Position numbers and translations under genes: made by a program. The notes beneath the pieces were generated by a model. The model was given only the letters and a program-made list of their open reading frames with translations, made no database searches and had not been told where the DNA came from. From a virus (taxonomy: Duplodnaviria; Caudoviricetes): DNA of 53,936 nt. The DNA is taken from positions 1 to 53,936 of IMG/VR virus record IMGVR_UViG_3300049782_000046, one strand, 5' to 3'. Positions 1 to 8,703 of the stretch are shown here, piece by piece (the stretch's first letter is position 1; each line of letters opens with the position of its first letter).

Positions 1-286
1 GGGCGCCCGTCAGCGTCGGATTCCCCCGGGCGTACGTGGCACTCGTCCGCTCGCTGTCCGCCGAGGTCGGTGTCGGCAACATGGCGATCTGGGCCCGCAG
101 CGTGTCGTTGCGGTTGCCCTCCAAATCGCCCACGCCTGTGCTTTCGCTCGTCGTCGGCGTCGGCAGCAGCTCCACCGTCGCAGGCAGCCCATCCTCGTAC
201 CCGCGCCCCTTCGAATCGCGCGCTCTCGTCGTCGGCAGGCTCGGCGAGACAGAACCAGCGCCAGCGCTCATGGGTGGCACCGACAT
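1..286 (-). CDS. Overlapping alternative-frame ORF with LPTP repeats (methyltransferase-associated second polypeptide), partial
   Basis: MSVPPMSAGAGSVSPSLPTTRARD...ELLPTPTTSES...AMLPTPTSAD; open to the edge in a different frame from the MTase. Confidence 0.6.
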   Translation of the reverse strand, partial: MSVPPMSAGAGSVSPSLPTTRARDSKGRGYEDGLPATVELLPTPTTSESTGVGDLEGNRNDTLRAQIAMLPTPTSADSERTSATYARGNPTLTGA

Positions 287-944
287 CGGATGCTCGGATA
301 CATAGCCATTCCGCATTGAACCCGAGTTCGGCAAGCGAGGTAAGGACGACGTCAAGGCCAGGTCGCCGACTAACGATGGCCCGCACGTTTTCCAACACGA
401 CGAGCCGGGGTCGTAGCGCATGAATGGCGTCGGCGACGGAGTACCAGAGGCCACTCCGGGTTCCTTTCAGAAAGCGTTCAGACGGTGGTCCTGCTGGGTC
501 CGCGAGATCCTGCTCATTCAGCTCGGCTGCGGCTTGCGCAGCCTCGTTGGCGTCGAGCCGAGACGGCACCAGCCCCGAAGGCGATGCCGCATCACAGGTG
601 AACGGGTCATGGTCCGCCCACTGGCATCCGCATGCCATCTCTCCGGCGGGGATGACGATGTCACCACGGATCCCGGCACCTCGGCCGGCGTAGCTGATGT
701 CCTGGCACGGGAACCCGGCGGTGAGCACGTCGACCGGCTCGACCTGGGCCCAGTCCACCTGCGTGATGTCGCCGTGGTTGGGGATGTGCGGCCAGCGGTG
801 TTCGAGGATGCGGGCGGCGTACTGGTGCTTGTCGTCGGGGTCGTACTGGCAGTGCCAGGCCACCGAACCACCGAGAACGTCCACCACAGCCATGTCTAGG
901 CCGCCGTAACCCGAGCACAGGCTGCCGATGCGGAGGTCAGTCAT
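1..944 (-). CDS. DNA (cytosine-5) methyltransferase; runs off the left edge and is missing from the ORF track
   Basis: Manual translation from ATG 944: MTDLRIGSLCSGYGGLDM (motif I), AGFPCQD (IV), GTRSGLW, VLENV (VI), HERWRWF (VIII); no stop before the window edge. Confidence 0.9.
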   Translation of the reverse strand, partial: MTDLRIGSLCSGYGGLDMAVVDVLGGSVAWHCQYDPDDKHQYAARILEHRWPHIPNHGDITQVDWAQVEPVDVLTAGFPCQDISYAGRGAGIRGDIVIPAGEMACGCQWADHDPFTCDAASPSGLVPSRLDANEAAQAAAELNEQDLADPAGPPSERFLKGTRSGLWYSVADAIHALRPRLVVLENVRAIVSRRPGLDVVLTSLAELGFNAEWLCIRASDVGATHERWRWFCLAEPADDESARFEGARVRGWAACDGGAAADADDERKHRRGRFGGQPQRHAAGPDRHVADTDLGGQRADECHVRPGESDADGR

Positions 945-1236
945 TGGTGCCGTCCTCGGGGGACACGTCGTGGACGTCGGGAGCGGTAGGGCGTACCCCT
1001 TCTCGGAGCCACTGGTGGTCGCTGGTCTCCCGGCGCACGTCCGAGATGAGACGGTCCACGAGCGGCGGCTCGCCCACGGCGGCGGCGAGCGCCTGGTCCC
1101 GTTTGGTGAGCTGCCACAGGACGGCGTTCAACTGGCGGCGCAGCTTCCGGCGCTTGCGGGAGCCGGCAGCCAGGCCGACGCCGAGCATGACCACGCCGAC
1201 CGCGCAGATGACGATCACGTTCTGGACGACGGTCAC
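937..1236 (-). CDS. Hypothetical protein with N-terminal TM helix
   Basis: Hydrophobic N-terminus followed by a basic stretch; overlaps both neighbours. Confidence 0.65.
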   Translation of the reverse strand: MTVVQNVIVICAVGVVMLGVGLAAGSRKRRKLRRQLNAVLWQLTKRDQALAAAVGEPPLVDRLISDVRRETSDHQWLREGVRPTAPDVHDVSPEDGTND

Positions 1237-1496
1237 GGCGTACCGCCCTGAGAGTCAGCCTGGACAGCGAGTTCAGGGGGCATCGACAGCCCGCCAATGC
1301 CGTTCAGGACGTCGTTGAGGAAAGCGACCACCTTGTTGAGGCGGTCCACTTCAGCGAGGAGGACGTGACGCTCCCATGCGGTCGGGTCGAGAGCACCGTA
1401 CGGCTTCTCCGCGTGCCTCAAGTCGCGCTCGTCGTTCCGCCGAATCTTCGCGAGCGTCTCGGCGGCGAGCGGGGTGTTCTGGTCGAGGGCGGTCAC
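1233..1496 (-). CDS. Hypothetical phage protein
   Basis: GTGA-coupled within the early operon. Confidence 0.65.
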   Translation of the reverse strand: MTALDQNTPLAAETLAKIRRNDERDLRHAEKPYGALDPTAWERHVLLAEVDRLNKVVAFLNDVLNGIGGLSMPPELAVQADSQGGTP

Positions 1497-1810
1497 TCGG
1501 CACGCTCCTGGACTGCCTGAGCGGTCTCGGGACGCTGCACGTTGAACCAGCGCAACCTGCCGTCGTCAGTAAGGACGACAAGGTCATGACCGGCCCAGTG
1601 GTCGGTCCAGGCGATGTCTCGGGCGGAGGCGATGACCAGGATCGCGTCGTCGACATCCCAATCGGCGCCGAAAGCGCCAGCGAAGCAGTGAACGATCTCG
1701 CGTCCGCAATCGTCCGAGTCCGGGTCTGTGACCTTGAAAGCGGCAGCCTTCACGGCGGTGATCGCTTCGTCCTTGGTCGGGCGGATCAGCTCGTCAAGTG
1801 AGGCGCTCAT
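1493..1810 (-). CDS. Hypothetical phage protein
   Basis: 4-nt overlaps at both ends; globular composition. Confidence 0.7.
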   Translation of the reverse strand: MSASLDELIRPTKDEAITAVKAAAFKVTDPDSDDCGREIVHCFAGAFGADWDVDDAILVIASARDIAWTDHWAGHDLVVLTDDGRLRWFNVQRPETAQAVQERAE

Positions 1811-2205
1811 GCGGCACCGCCCTTCTGGACTGCCTGAGAGGCCTCCAGGTCCACATCCAGCGAGAGGATCCGCTGCCGGAGGGCGGCGATCGTGGCCGGC
1901 ATGAACGCGAGCGACTCACAGCCGAGCTTGCGAACCGCCTCGTCGAACCGTTCGTTGACGTGCTTCTCGAACGTGGCCCGGTCGAGTACGAGCGGGGTCT
2001 CCGTGCCCTCGACGACGACCGCCCTGAAGTGCTTGGCGTTCTCGACGACCTCTTCGCCGTGGTCGTCATGGTCTGCGACCTTGACCTGAACGGTGGCCTG
2101 GTCAGCCTGGAGCGTCACCCAGCCGTCCAAAGCTTCGTCGTAGATGCCGCCGTCGTCGTGGGCCAGCAGTGCAGCGACCTTCTCGGCGGGGATGATCTCG
2201 CTCAC
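1807..2205 (-). CDS. Hypothetical phage protein
   Basis: RBS GAGGAG; ATGA overlap with the next gene. Confidence 0.7.
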   Translation of the reverse strand: MSEIIPAEKVAALLAHDDGGIYDEALDGWVTLQADQATVQVKVADHDDHGEEVVENAKHFRAVVVEGTETPLVLDRATFEKHVNERFDEAVRKLGCESLAFMPATIAALRQRILSLDVDLEASQAVQKGGAA

Positions 2206-2366
2206 GGGGTCTCCTCAGAGGGGTAGGGGGCGATAGCCGGGGGTGCGATGCGGCGTCGGGTGCAGTCGGCAGCCGGTGGCGGGAAGAACAGCGACAGCGA
2301 AGCCCAGCCCGTCAAAGACCCGTGGCGGCAGTGCCTGCCGGGGTGGTGGGCGAACAGGCGGGTCAC
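2202..2366 (-). CDS. Small hypothetical protein (54 aa)
   Basis: Fills the gap exactly, with GTGA overlaps at both ends. Confidence 0.35.
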   Translation of the reverse strand: MTRLFAHHPGRHCRHGSLTGWASLSLFFPPPAADCTRRRIAPPAIAPYPSEETP

Positions 2367-2695
2367 GAATGCCCCCCGACGCTGCTCAGTTCGTCGCGGT
2401 CGAAAGGCGACCCCTCCGACTCCGGGGCGGGCTCGCCCTCGCCGATGGGCGGCTCGCCGGCGGCCGGGAGCAGGCCGATCACGTCGCCGCGCATCTTCGC
2501 CTGACGGCGCGCGATCGTCTCCTCCAGATCACGCATCACGTCATCCACGGAGGCGATCTCCGCCTCGTAGACCGCGCGCTGGTCCCGCAACGACGCCAAC
2601 GCGTTCTGGTCGCGCTCGTTGAGGGCCTTGTAGTAGTCGATCCCGCGCTCGGTGAGGCTGCGAAGCGTCTGCTCGGAGATGTAGCTGGTGCTCAC
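2363..2695 (-). CDS. Coiled-coil hypothetical protein
   Basis: RBS AGGAG before GTG 2695; heptad-like LRDQRAVYEAEIASVDDVMRDLEE. Confidence 0.65.
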   Translation of the reverse strand: MSTSYISEQTLRSLTERGIDYYKALNERDQNALASLRDQRAVYEAEIASVDDVMRDLEETIARRQAKMRGDVIGLLPAAGEPPIGEGEPAPESEGSPFDRDELSSVGGHS

Positions 2696-2775
2696 TAAGG
2701 ACTCCTGTTGCTGAAGGTTCGGTTGTTCGCCGCTGCTGGCGCAGGCCCCCGATCGGCCACGCCAGCAGCGGAAGA

Positions 2776-3369
2776 TCAGGGGTGAGCGGGAGGGACGGCG
2801 TAGCGGACAAACGGGTCCGTCAACGCCTCGGTGATCGGGTCGCACGGCAACTCGGCCGGGTCCTGGCCGTACTCCTCCGGGGTGATCCAGCGACCGTCCG
2901 CGGTGGCGTACATCCAGCCCTTACCGGCCACCAGGACAGGCACGTCAGCGGGGTCGATGCCGGTCTCGACGAGGTAGCCGAGCTTGTAGGAGACGGCTCG
3001 GTTCTTCTCCACCCACCCGTGATGGCGAGTCGTGCCAGTGCCGCACAGGAGGATGAGGTTCTCGACGTCGTTGGTGCCGCCGCGACCCCGCGGCCAGCGG
3101 TGATGGATCGAATCCTCATCGCGGGCGACAGGCTGTCCGCACTTCACGCATCGGTTCCCGTCCCGGGCCTCGACCTGGGCACGGACCTTCGGAGAGGGGC
3201 CCGTGTCGGAGGTGGGGAACTTGAGGTGCCACAGCCCGTCATGGCAGCGCGTCACGCCCGTGGGCTGCTCACCAGGGAGGTTGAGCCGCTGGATCTTTTC
3301 GAAGCGGATGCTGGCATCGCGTTCCGACCGGAACGCCTTCTTGCCGCACCTGCACGCCGGCTGCTTCAT
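2776..3369 (-). CDS. HNH endonuclease
   Basis: RDGNRCVKCG...SIHHRWPRGRGGTNDVENLILLC...HHGWVE; additional N-terminal CxC..C..H Zn-finger-like part. Confidence 0.85.
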   Translation of the reverse strand: MKQPACRCGKKAFRSERDASIRFEKIQRLNLPGEQPTGVTRCHDGLWHLKFPTSDTGPSPKVRAQVEARDGNRCVKCGQPVARDEDSIHHRWPRGRGGTNDVENLILLCGTGTTRHHGWVEKNRAVSYKLGYLVETGIDPADVPVLVAGKGWMYATADGRWITPEEYGQDPAELPCDPITEALTDPFVRYAVPPAHP

Positions 3370-4277
3370 GACGCACCCCCAGCGACGAAGTAGATGGAGA
3401 ACTTGGTCGGGTCCTTGGCGTTGCGGCGGAAGTCGATCGTCTTGTTGCCGCAGCGGACGTGGCCGCCCATCTCTGGCCGGATCGCGTCCAGCGCTCCCTT
3501 GGCTCGCTTCTCCTTTGCCTCCAGCGCCTTGATCTGGGCGCGCAGGTCGAACAGTTCGCTAGCCCACTTCTCGGCGTCTGGGTCGTCCAGGTACAGCACC
3601 GAGCGGCGGTCCCGCTCAGGGACGTGGCCCTCCCAGCAGATGCCGCCGTCCGGGCCGCCGAACGGGCAGCCGAGGCAGAACACCGAGTCGGGGTCGTAGT
3701 CGCGCGGCAGCATGTCCAGTGAGGTGTCGCGCACCTGCTGCAGCCATTCCATGGCGTCGCGGACGTTGCGCGGGTTCAGCGGCGCCCCGTCCGGACCGGG
3801 CCACAGGTACTCCTCGCCGGTGTCGCGGGCCAGGTACTCGATCCGGATCCGCTTGGCGTCGTAGCCCATCGTCACCAGCGCGGCGGCATACACCGACACC
3901 TGCCACAGGTGGGCGTGGTCGGGGCCGTGCAACTTGATGTGTTCCAGCCAGCGCGACCCGGTCGTCTTGGTGTCCACAACGGTCCCGGTGGAGGCCTCGA
4001 ACCGGTCCAGATGCCCGAGGATCCCGGCAAAGCGGACCTCGTGCTCGACCAGATCGCCCGGCTCGGCAACCTTCTCCATGATCTGCGCGACCATGTCGTG
4101 CACCGCGGACCCGATGACGGCCTGAATGTTGCCGGACGGGTTGACCGGCTCCGCGCCGGCCAGCTTGTATCCGACGCGGCGGCGGCACGAGCCGAGGTCG
4201 GAGACGCCGATCTCCTTCTGCCGGGTCCGGGGCCGGTGCTGGTCGGCGATGAGCAGCAACTCCGACGTGGTCCTCAT
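3366..4277 (-). CDS. Cas4-like / PD-(D/E)xK exonuclease
   Basis: SDLGSCRRR, GSAVH, GHLD...DTKT, QVSVY, C-terminal CLGCPF..C Fe-S-type cysteines; ATG 4277 coupled to the upstream gene. Confidence 0.85.
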   Translation of the reverse strand: MRTTSELLLIADQHRPRTRQKEIGVSDLGSCRRRVGYKLAGAEPVNPSGNIQAVIGSAVHDMVAQIMEKVAEPGDLVEHEVRFAGILGHLDRFEASTGTVVDTKTTGSRWLEHIKLHGPDHAHLWQVSVYAAALVTMGYDAKRIRIEYLARDTGEEYLWPGPDGAPLNPRNVRDAMEWLQQVRDTSLDMLPRDYDPDSVFCLGCPFGGPDGGICWEGHVPERDRRSVLYLDDPDAEKWASELFDLRAQIKALEAKEKRAKGALDAIRPEMGGHVRCGNKTIDFRRNAKDPTKFSIYFVAGGAS

Positions 4278-4555
4278 GCGCTGGCCGCCTGTGCCAGCGT
4301 GCGGCTCGCCGCCGACGGCCAGCCGGTGATGAGCTGAACAGCGGCCACGTGGGCGCACCGATCGGTGGCTGCACAGGAACACATCCACTGGTCAGCCTTG
4401 AAAATGATCAGGTAGCGGCCATTGAAGCCCTGCACCATCGCCGTGACCTGGTAGGGGCGCAACGCCGGCTTGACTGTGGCGGCCTCCAGAATGCGGACCT
4501 TCTCGTCCCGTAGGTAGCCGAGCGCCTTGGTGCGGATGTCAGGCACTGCGACCAC
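4274..4555 (-). CDS. SWIM zinc-finger protein
   Basis: WMCSC...CAHVAAV (CxC-n-CxH). Confidence 0.7.
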   Translation of the reverse strand: MVAVPDIRTKALGYLRDEKVRILEAATVKPALRPYQVTAMVQGFNGRYLIIFKADQWMCSCAATDRCAHVAAVQLITGWPSAASRTLAQAASA

Positions 4556-5333
4556 CCGGGCATTCGTCCTCGTAGTGGTCCCCTACCGCCCTACAGCGTT
4601 CGCACTGGTAGTCCTCGGGCGGCCCCTCCACCACGTCGGCGTCGACGGTGTCGGAGAAGTCGAACTCCGCGGCCAGGTTGCCGATCTCCTCGGCCACCTT
4701 CTCCGGGTCGACCACGGTCTCGGCCTCGACCACCTCCGGCTGCGTCACCTCCGCCGCGGCGTCGGCGATGTAGTCGTAATCGCCCTCCACGCCGAACCCG
4801 AGAGCCACCTCCGGGCAGGCGAACTTGGCGCAGTTAGAGATGGCCCGGTTGCGCAGCATCGTGCGGGTGTAGGCCTCCCACGGCAGCGGGTTGCCGTGCT
4901 TGTCCCTCAGGAACGCTTTGCCGTCCTTGATATGGCACAGCCCCGCCTTGGCGGCGTCGGCCAGCGTGAACGTCTCCCGGTGCGCGCCCTGCGGGTCGTC
5001 AGCGCGGACGATCTCGACGGTGCACCGCTCGTCCGTGGACTCGATGATCCGCACCCGGTGACCGGCTTTGCGCGCCAGCGCGATCCACGTGGTGCCCGAC
5101 AGCTGCGGCTTGCCCTTGACGACGTAGATGCCCTGGATGGCCTGCATCGGCGACAGCCCGAGGTCCTGGCCGTACATCAGCAGGGCCAGCACGTCGGCAG
5201 GCTTACCGCGCAGCGCATCCGGCATGAGCGACGCCAGCGCCAGGTTCTTCGACAGGCGGTAGGCCTCGTCCATGTCGGTCATCGGCGAACCGAGGTTGAC
5301 CGGCCGGCGCTCCAGTTCGGTGGAATCGCTCAC
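4539..5333 (-). CDS. recT: RecT-like single-strand annealing protein
   Basis: GLSPMQAIQGIYVVKGKP...WEAYTRTMLRNRAISNCAKFACPE; adjacent to the exonuclease; GTG start at 5333. Confidence 0.8.
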   Translation of the reverse strand: MSDSTELERRPVNLGSPMTDMDEAYRLSKNLALASLMPDALRGKPADVLALLMYGQDLGLSPMQAIQGIYVVKGKPQLSGTTWIALARKAGHRVRIIESTDERCTVEIVRADDPQGAHRETFTLADAAKAGLCHIKDGKAFLRDKHGNPLPWEAYTRTMLRNRAISNCAKFACPEVALGFGVEGDYDYIADAAAEVTQPEVVEAETVVDPEKVAEEIGNLAAEFDFSDTVDADVVEGPPEDYQCERCRAVGDHYEDECPGGRSA

Positions 5334-5602
5334 TGCTGCTCGTCTCCCTCGTCGTTGGGGGTGTCGGTGTAGTCGCCTCGGTCGGCGAAAGCCTCGGGAT
5401 CGTCGGCGGCGCTCCAGCGGGCCACGGTCGGGCGCGGGTGCTTCCGCTCGTACGCCTCGATCGCCTGCTCCGGGATGACCTCGTGGTCCCCCGCGATCCA
5501 CTCCGGGCTCAGAGAGCCGTTAGCGATCAGCGCGTCGATCTCGTCCCGGGACAGGCCCAGACGCTTCGCCGCGGCGGTGCGGGTGAACTTGCGGCCCGTC
5601 AC
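5330..5602 (-). CDS. Excisionase-like HTH DNA-binding protein
   Basis: TRTAAAKRLGLSRDEIDALIANGSL...IPEQAIEAY. Confidence 0.7.
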   Translation of the reverse strand: MTGRKFTRTAAAKRLGLSRDEIDALIANGSLSPEWIAGDHEVIPEQAIEAYERKHPRPTVARWSAADDPEAFADRGDYTDTPNDEGDEQQ

Positions 5603-6504
5603 AGGTCCTCACCACCAAGGGCGTCCAGGATGTCGGCGTCGCGGGCGGAGTCGAGCGTGACCCACTTCCCTTCCATGCCGACCATCTGGAAGGTGCCAAC
5701 TGTGCTGCCGTCGGCCACGAGCTGCTGAGCGGCCGACAGCCGGTAGCGATCGTGGTCGACCAGATGGGAGATCAGACCGTCGGCGGAAGAGAACACGGGT
5801 GTAACTGGTGAACCCTCGGAGACGGTCTCCCAGAGCTGCCAGCCGGGGCCGGTCGGCGGGTCGGTGCGTTCCCATGCGTCCGCCTCCGCGCACTGCCCCG
5901 GGTACCTTTCGACCGAGGCATGGCCGTCGCAGGTGGCGCATGTGTCGGCGACTCCGAGCCGCTGGCAGCGGGCCCTGATCACCACGTGTGCGTTGATGGA
6001 GTCGTGGCCGAATCCGTCAAGCGACCAGTCGTTGACCCGCTCAGCGGACGGAATGACCATGGGCTCGTTCGGCTGCCAACCAGCCTCCTTGGTCCACGTG
6101 TGCGTGAAGTCGTGCAATCGTCCGGCCTCGACCAGCGCCGCTACGTCCTCGTCGACCAGGTGGTGGGACAGGGCCCCGTTGAACAGGTCCGCCAGCCGCT
6201 CCGCCTCGCGGGCGATAGCAACCTCTCCTGTGCCGTAGTAGTCCGGCGCGTGGTTGATGTTGCGTTCGGCGCGGGCGCGCATTGTCGGGTGGTCCGCCGC
6301 GATCGGCGGCAGCCCGGCGTCGGAGGGGTGGAACGGCTCCTTGCCGTACCACAGGTCGTACAGGTGTTGCGCCTCTGGCGAGTAGCCGTTCACGCAGTCG
6401 GGGCACTTGTCCCCATTGAGGCGATCGGGCATCAGGTAGCCCTGCCATACTTTGTTGAGCGGCCAGTCGAAATCGAGCGGCACGCGCTTCACTTCGCGGC
6501 TCAT
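5599..6504 (-). CDS. Phage hypothetical protein with CxxCxG motifs
   Basis: MSREVKRVPLDFDWPLNKVW; CPDCVNG, CATCDG, GWQLWETVSEGSP. Confidence 0.75.
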   Translation of the reverse strand: MSREVKRVPLDFDWPLNKVWQGYLMPDRLNGDKCPDCVNGYSPEAQHLYDLWYGKEPFHPSDAGLPPIAADHPTMRARAERNINHAPDYYGTGEVAIAREAERLADLFNGALSHHLVDEDVAALVEAGRLHDFTHTWTKEAGWQPNEPMVIPSAERVNDWSLDGFGHDSINAHVVIRARCQRLGVADTCATCDGHASVERYPGQCAEADAWERTDPPTGPGWQLWETVSEGSPVTPVFSSADGLISHLVDHDRYRLSAAQQLVADGSTVGTFQMVGMEGKWVTLDSARDADILDALGGEDL

Positions 6505-6929
6505 GCGTTCGCTCCCGCCTTCTCGGCGAGACGGGCCCACGGCTGCCACGCGTGTCCCTGTCCGGGACGCCACCAGATCGACGCATCCTCGGGCAGGTCG
6601 TTCTGCTCCTGGTATTCGAGGATCCGGGCGCACAACAGGTGCGCCTCCGCGATTCCGTCCAGCGCGTCGGAGCCGGCCTGCTCGTCGCCTTCGGGGTCGA
6701 GGCAGGTGTAGCGGACCTGGAACTCGGCCACCACAAACGACGGCGTCTCTACCGCGGCGGGTTTCGGCTCTACGTGGGCGTCCACAGGGAGGCCGCGCGC
6801 CGCCTGCTTGGAGCGGATGCTGGCCGCGTACTCCGCCGCTTCGGCCCGGTCCTTGCACGGCTCTTCGAACTCGGCCAGATCACCGCCAGGAGTGCGGGCG
6901 GTGTAGACAACCTTCGCCAGGGCGGTCAT
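6501..6929 (-). CDS. Hypothetical phage protein
   Basis: TGATG coupling; RBS GAGGTGG. Confidence 0.65.
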   Translation of the reverse strand: MTALAKVVYTARTPGGDLAEFEEPCKDRAEAAEYAASIRSKQAARGLPVDAHVEPKPAAVETPSFVVAEFQVRYTCLDPEGDEQAGSDALDGIAEAHLLCARILEYQEQNDLPEDASIWWRPGQGHAWQPWARLAEKAGANA

Positions 6930-7300
6930 CAGGCCACCTCGCCGTCCTGCTCGGGGCACGCCTTACGCAGTTCGTCCGCCTTGTCGGCGTTCAGGAACAG
7001 CTCGATGTGCATGCCGTGGATGCGGCCCACGACGCGCAGCCTGTAGTAGCCGGTGGGCGCCACCCTGATGACGGGTCGGTCGTGCATCGCCCTGATGTAG
7101 GTGAGGGCGTGAGCGACGGCGTCCTCTCCGTTGAAGAACACCAGTTCCTCGACGGCACGCTTCCCGTCGCGAGGGCGAGGGATCTCGGGGTGCGCCTCCA
7201 GCAAGTCCGCGAAGGCGCGCAGGCCCTTGATGTACTCGGCGCGGTTGTCGGTGGCGGGTGTTACGGTCATCTGCTCGGGGGATGCGATACTGGTTGTCAT
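6929..7300 (-). CDS. Hypothetical phage protein
   Basis: Strong RBS GGAGCAGGAG before ATG 7300. Confidence 0.7.
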   Translation of the reverse strand: MTTSIASPEQMTVTPATDNRAEYIKGLRAFADLLEAHPEIPRPRDGKRAVEELVFFNGEDAVAHALTYIRAMHDRPVIRVAPTGYYRLRVVGRIHGMHIELFLNADKADELRKACPEQDGEVA

Positions 7301-7376
7301 GTCTCCTGCTCCTTCTCCACAGGGTGAGCTGGGGTCTACGCGGGGTCCGGCCGGCCGTGGCCGGGCCCTGCGGCTG

Positions 7377-7490
7377 TCAGGGGGCCGCGATGTCAGCGGC
7401 GAACTCCAAGGCGTCATCGATCGAGCGCAAGATCCGGTTCAGCAGGAACCGGGCCTCGACGAGCACGTTGAAACGTTCCGTGGTGGTCAT
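7377..7490 (-). CDS. Small hypothetical protein (37 aa, MTTTERFNVLVEARFLLNRIL...)
   Basis: ATGA-coupled to the xis-like gene. Confidence 0.45.
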   Translation of the reverse strand: MTTTERFNVLVEARFLLNRILRSIDDALEFAADIAAP

Positions 7491-7708
7491 GGGGCGCCAC
7501 TGAGGGCTTGCAGGATGCTGGCGGTGATGATGCGTTTCTTGCCACCGACGTCAAGCACCTTGGCCGGAAACTCACCCTTTTTGATCAGCTCGTATGAGTA
7601 GCTGCGGCTGATGCCGAAGGCCAGGCCACCCGTTGCGGGATCCACTGTCGCGGGCCAGCCCTTGATCTCTTCCAAGGTCGGAACCCTGCGCTCGCTCGGG
7701 GTTGCCAT
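7487..7708 (-). CDS. xis: Excisionase / AlpA-like DNA-binding protein
   Basis: LAFGISRSYSYELIKKGEFPAKVLDVGGKKRI. Confidence 0.75.
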   Translation of the reverse strand: MATPSERRVPTLEEIKGWPATVDPATGGLAFGISRSYSYELIKKGEFPAKVLDVGGKKRIITASILQALSGAP

Positions 7709-7950
7709 CAGGACGCCGCCCGCTCAATCTCGAAGATGTCCTCGAACTTCAAGTCAGCGAAGGCGTCGAGTACGGCGGCGATGAACTCGTAGCCGGGCTT
7801 GGTCTCACCGTCTTCGATGCGGGCGACGGTGGTGCGGTTGACGCCGATGCGTTCGGCGCGTGCATGGGGGGTCGTCAAGTCCTTGGCGTTCATCCTTCGG
7901 TCCCATTCGCTTCGCCTCAGGCGGATCACGGGCTTGTGCAAGGAGTGCAT
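7708..7950 (-). CDS. Cro-like XRE HTH regulator
   Basis: AERIGVNRTTVARIEDGETKPG; divergent from the repressor. Confidence 0.8.
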   Translation of the reverse strand: MHSLHKPVIRLRRSEWDRRMNAKDLTTPHARAERIGVNRTTVARIEDGETKPGYEFIAAVLDAFADLKFEDIFEIERAAS

Positions 7951-8106
7951 GCATGCAATGTGTCACGTCGAGTACGCGTACGCAACAGTTTCGCTGATGA
8001 AATTCCCACCTGATCACTGCAGGTGTAGGCATGCACGGACGATGTCACCAGTATCTGAAGCCCCGCCAGCACTGACAGCTGAAAAGGTGCGTGTTAAGGT
8101 GCGTGC
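7951..8106. promoter_or_regulatory. Divergent lysis/lysogeny control region
   Basis: Intergenic space between two divergent HTH genes; contains palindromes (gtacgcgtac; cacctg...caggtg). Confidence 0.55.
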
Positions 8107-8661
8107 GTGCACACGACAGAGTGGGACCGCGAGGAACTGCGGGAGACACTCCAAGCGATCATGGAGCGAGCAGACCTCTCGCAAGCAGCCGTCGGGCAAC
8201 TAGCCGGACGCAACCGAACGATGGCCAACCGCTGGCTGGGCGGACAAAGTCGCCCCACCTACGAAGCCGCCACAGCGTTCGCTACCGCTATCGGGGAGAC
8301 CTACCCGGACCTGACACATCTCGCCGACCGATTTCTGAGAGCCGCCGGCTACCGGACGCCCTCCGAGGATGGCACTCCACCAGAGGATGTGAACCTCACG
8401 GCCAAGCGACTTCTTACCCGACTCCGCGAGCTTGCCGACAAGCAGGACAAGTCCATCGGGGACATCCTGGTGGAACGTGGCCTCGCCACGCGCGACGAAC
8501 TCATGCTCAGCGAGGAGAAGCGAGGCGACCGGTTCGTCAAGGACATCCTCAGCAGCAACCTGCCTGAGGACACCAAGAACAAGATCCTCATGGACTACGT
8601 GATAGACCGCCGCCACAGCTTCCGAGACGCCGGCCTAATAGGGCCCCCGAAAGAAAAATAG
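8107..8661 (+). CDS. Putative immunity repressor (XRE HTH)
   Basis: LSQAAVGQLAGRNRTMANRWLGGQSRP; position opposite the cro-like gene. Confidence 0.75.
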   Translation: MHTTEWDREELRETLQAIMERADLSQAAVGQLAGRNRTMANRWLGGQSRPTYEAATAFATAIGETYPDLTHLADRFLRAAGYRTPSEDGTPPEDVNLTAKRLLTRLRELADKQDKSIGDILVERGLATRDELMLSEEKRGDRFVKDILSSNLPEDTKNKILMDYVIDRRHSFRDAGLIGPPKEK

Positions 8662-8691
8662 CCGCGAGGTCCCTCTTCCCCACGGCTATTT
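8655..8691. terminator. Bidirectional hairpin terminator
   Basis: aaatagccg...cggctattt inverted repeat between convergent genes. Confidence 0.55.
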
Positions 8692-8703
8692 CCGTCTTAC
8701 ATC

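Noticed and set aside
470-666. Intein in the methyltransferase
   Set aside because: Too short, and lacks an N-terminal C/S with C-terminal HN-C/S/T signature
3366-4277. CRISPR-Cas system suggested by the Cas4-like gene
   Set aside because: No repeat-spacer array or other cas genes seen; stand-alone Cas4-like nucleases are common in actinophages
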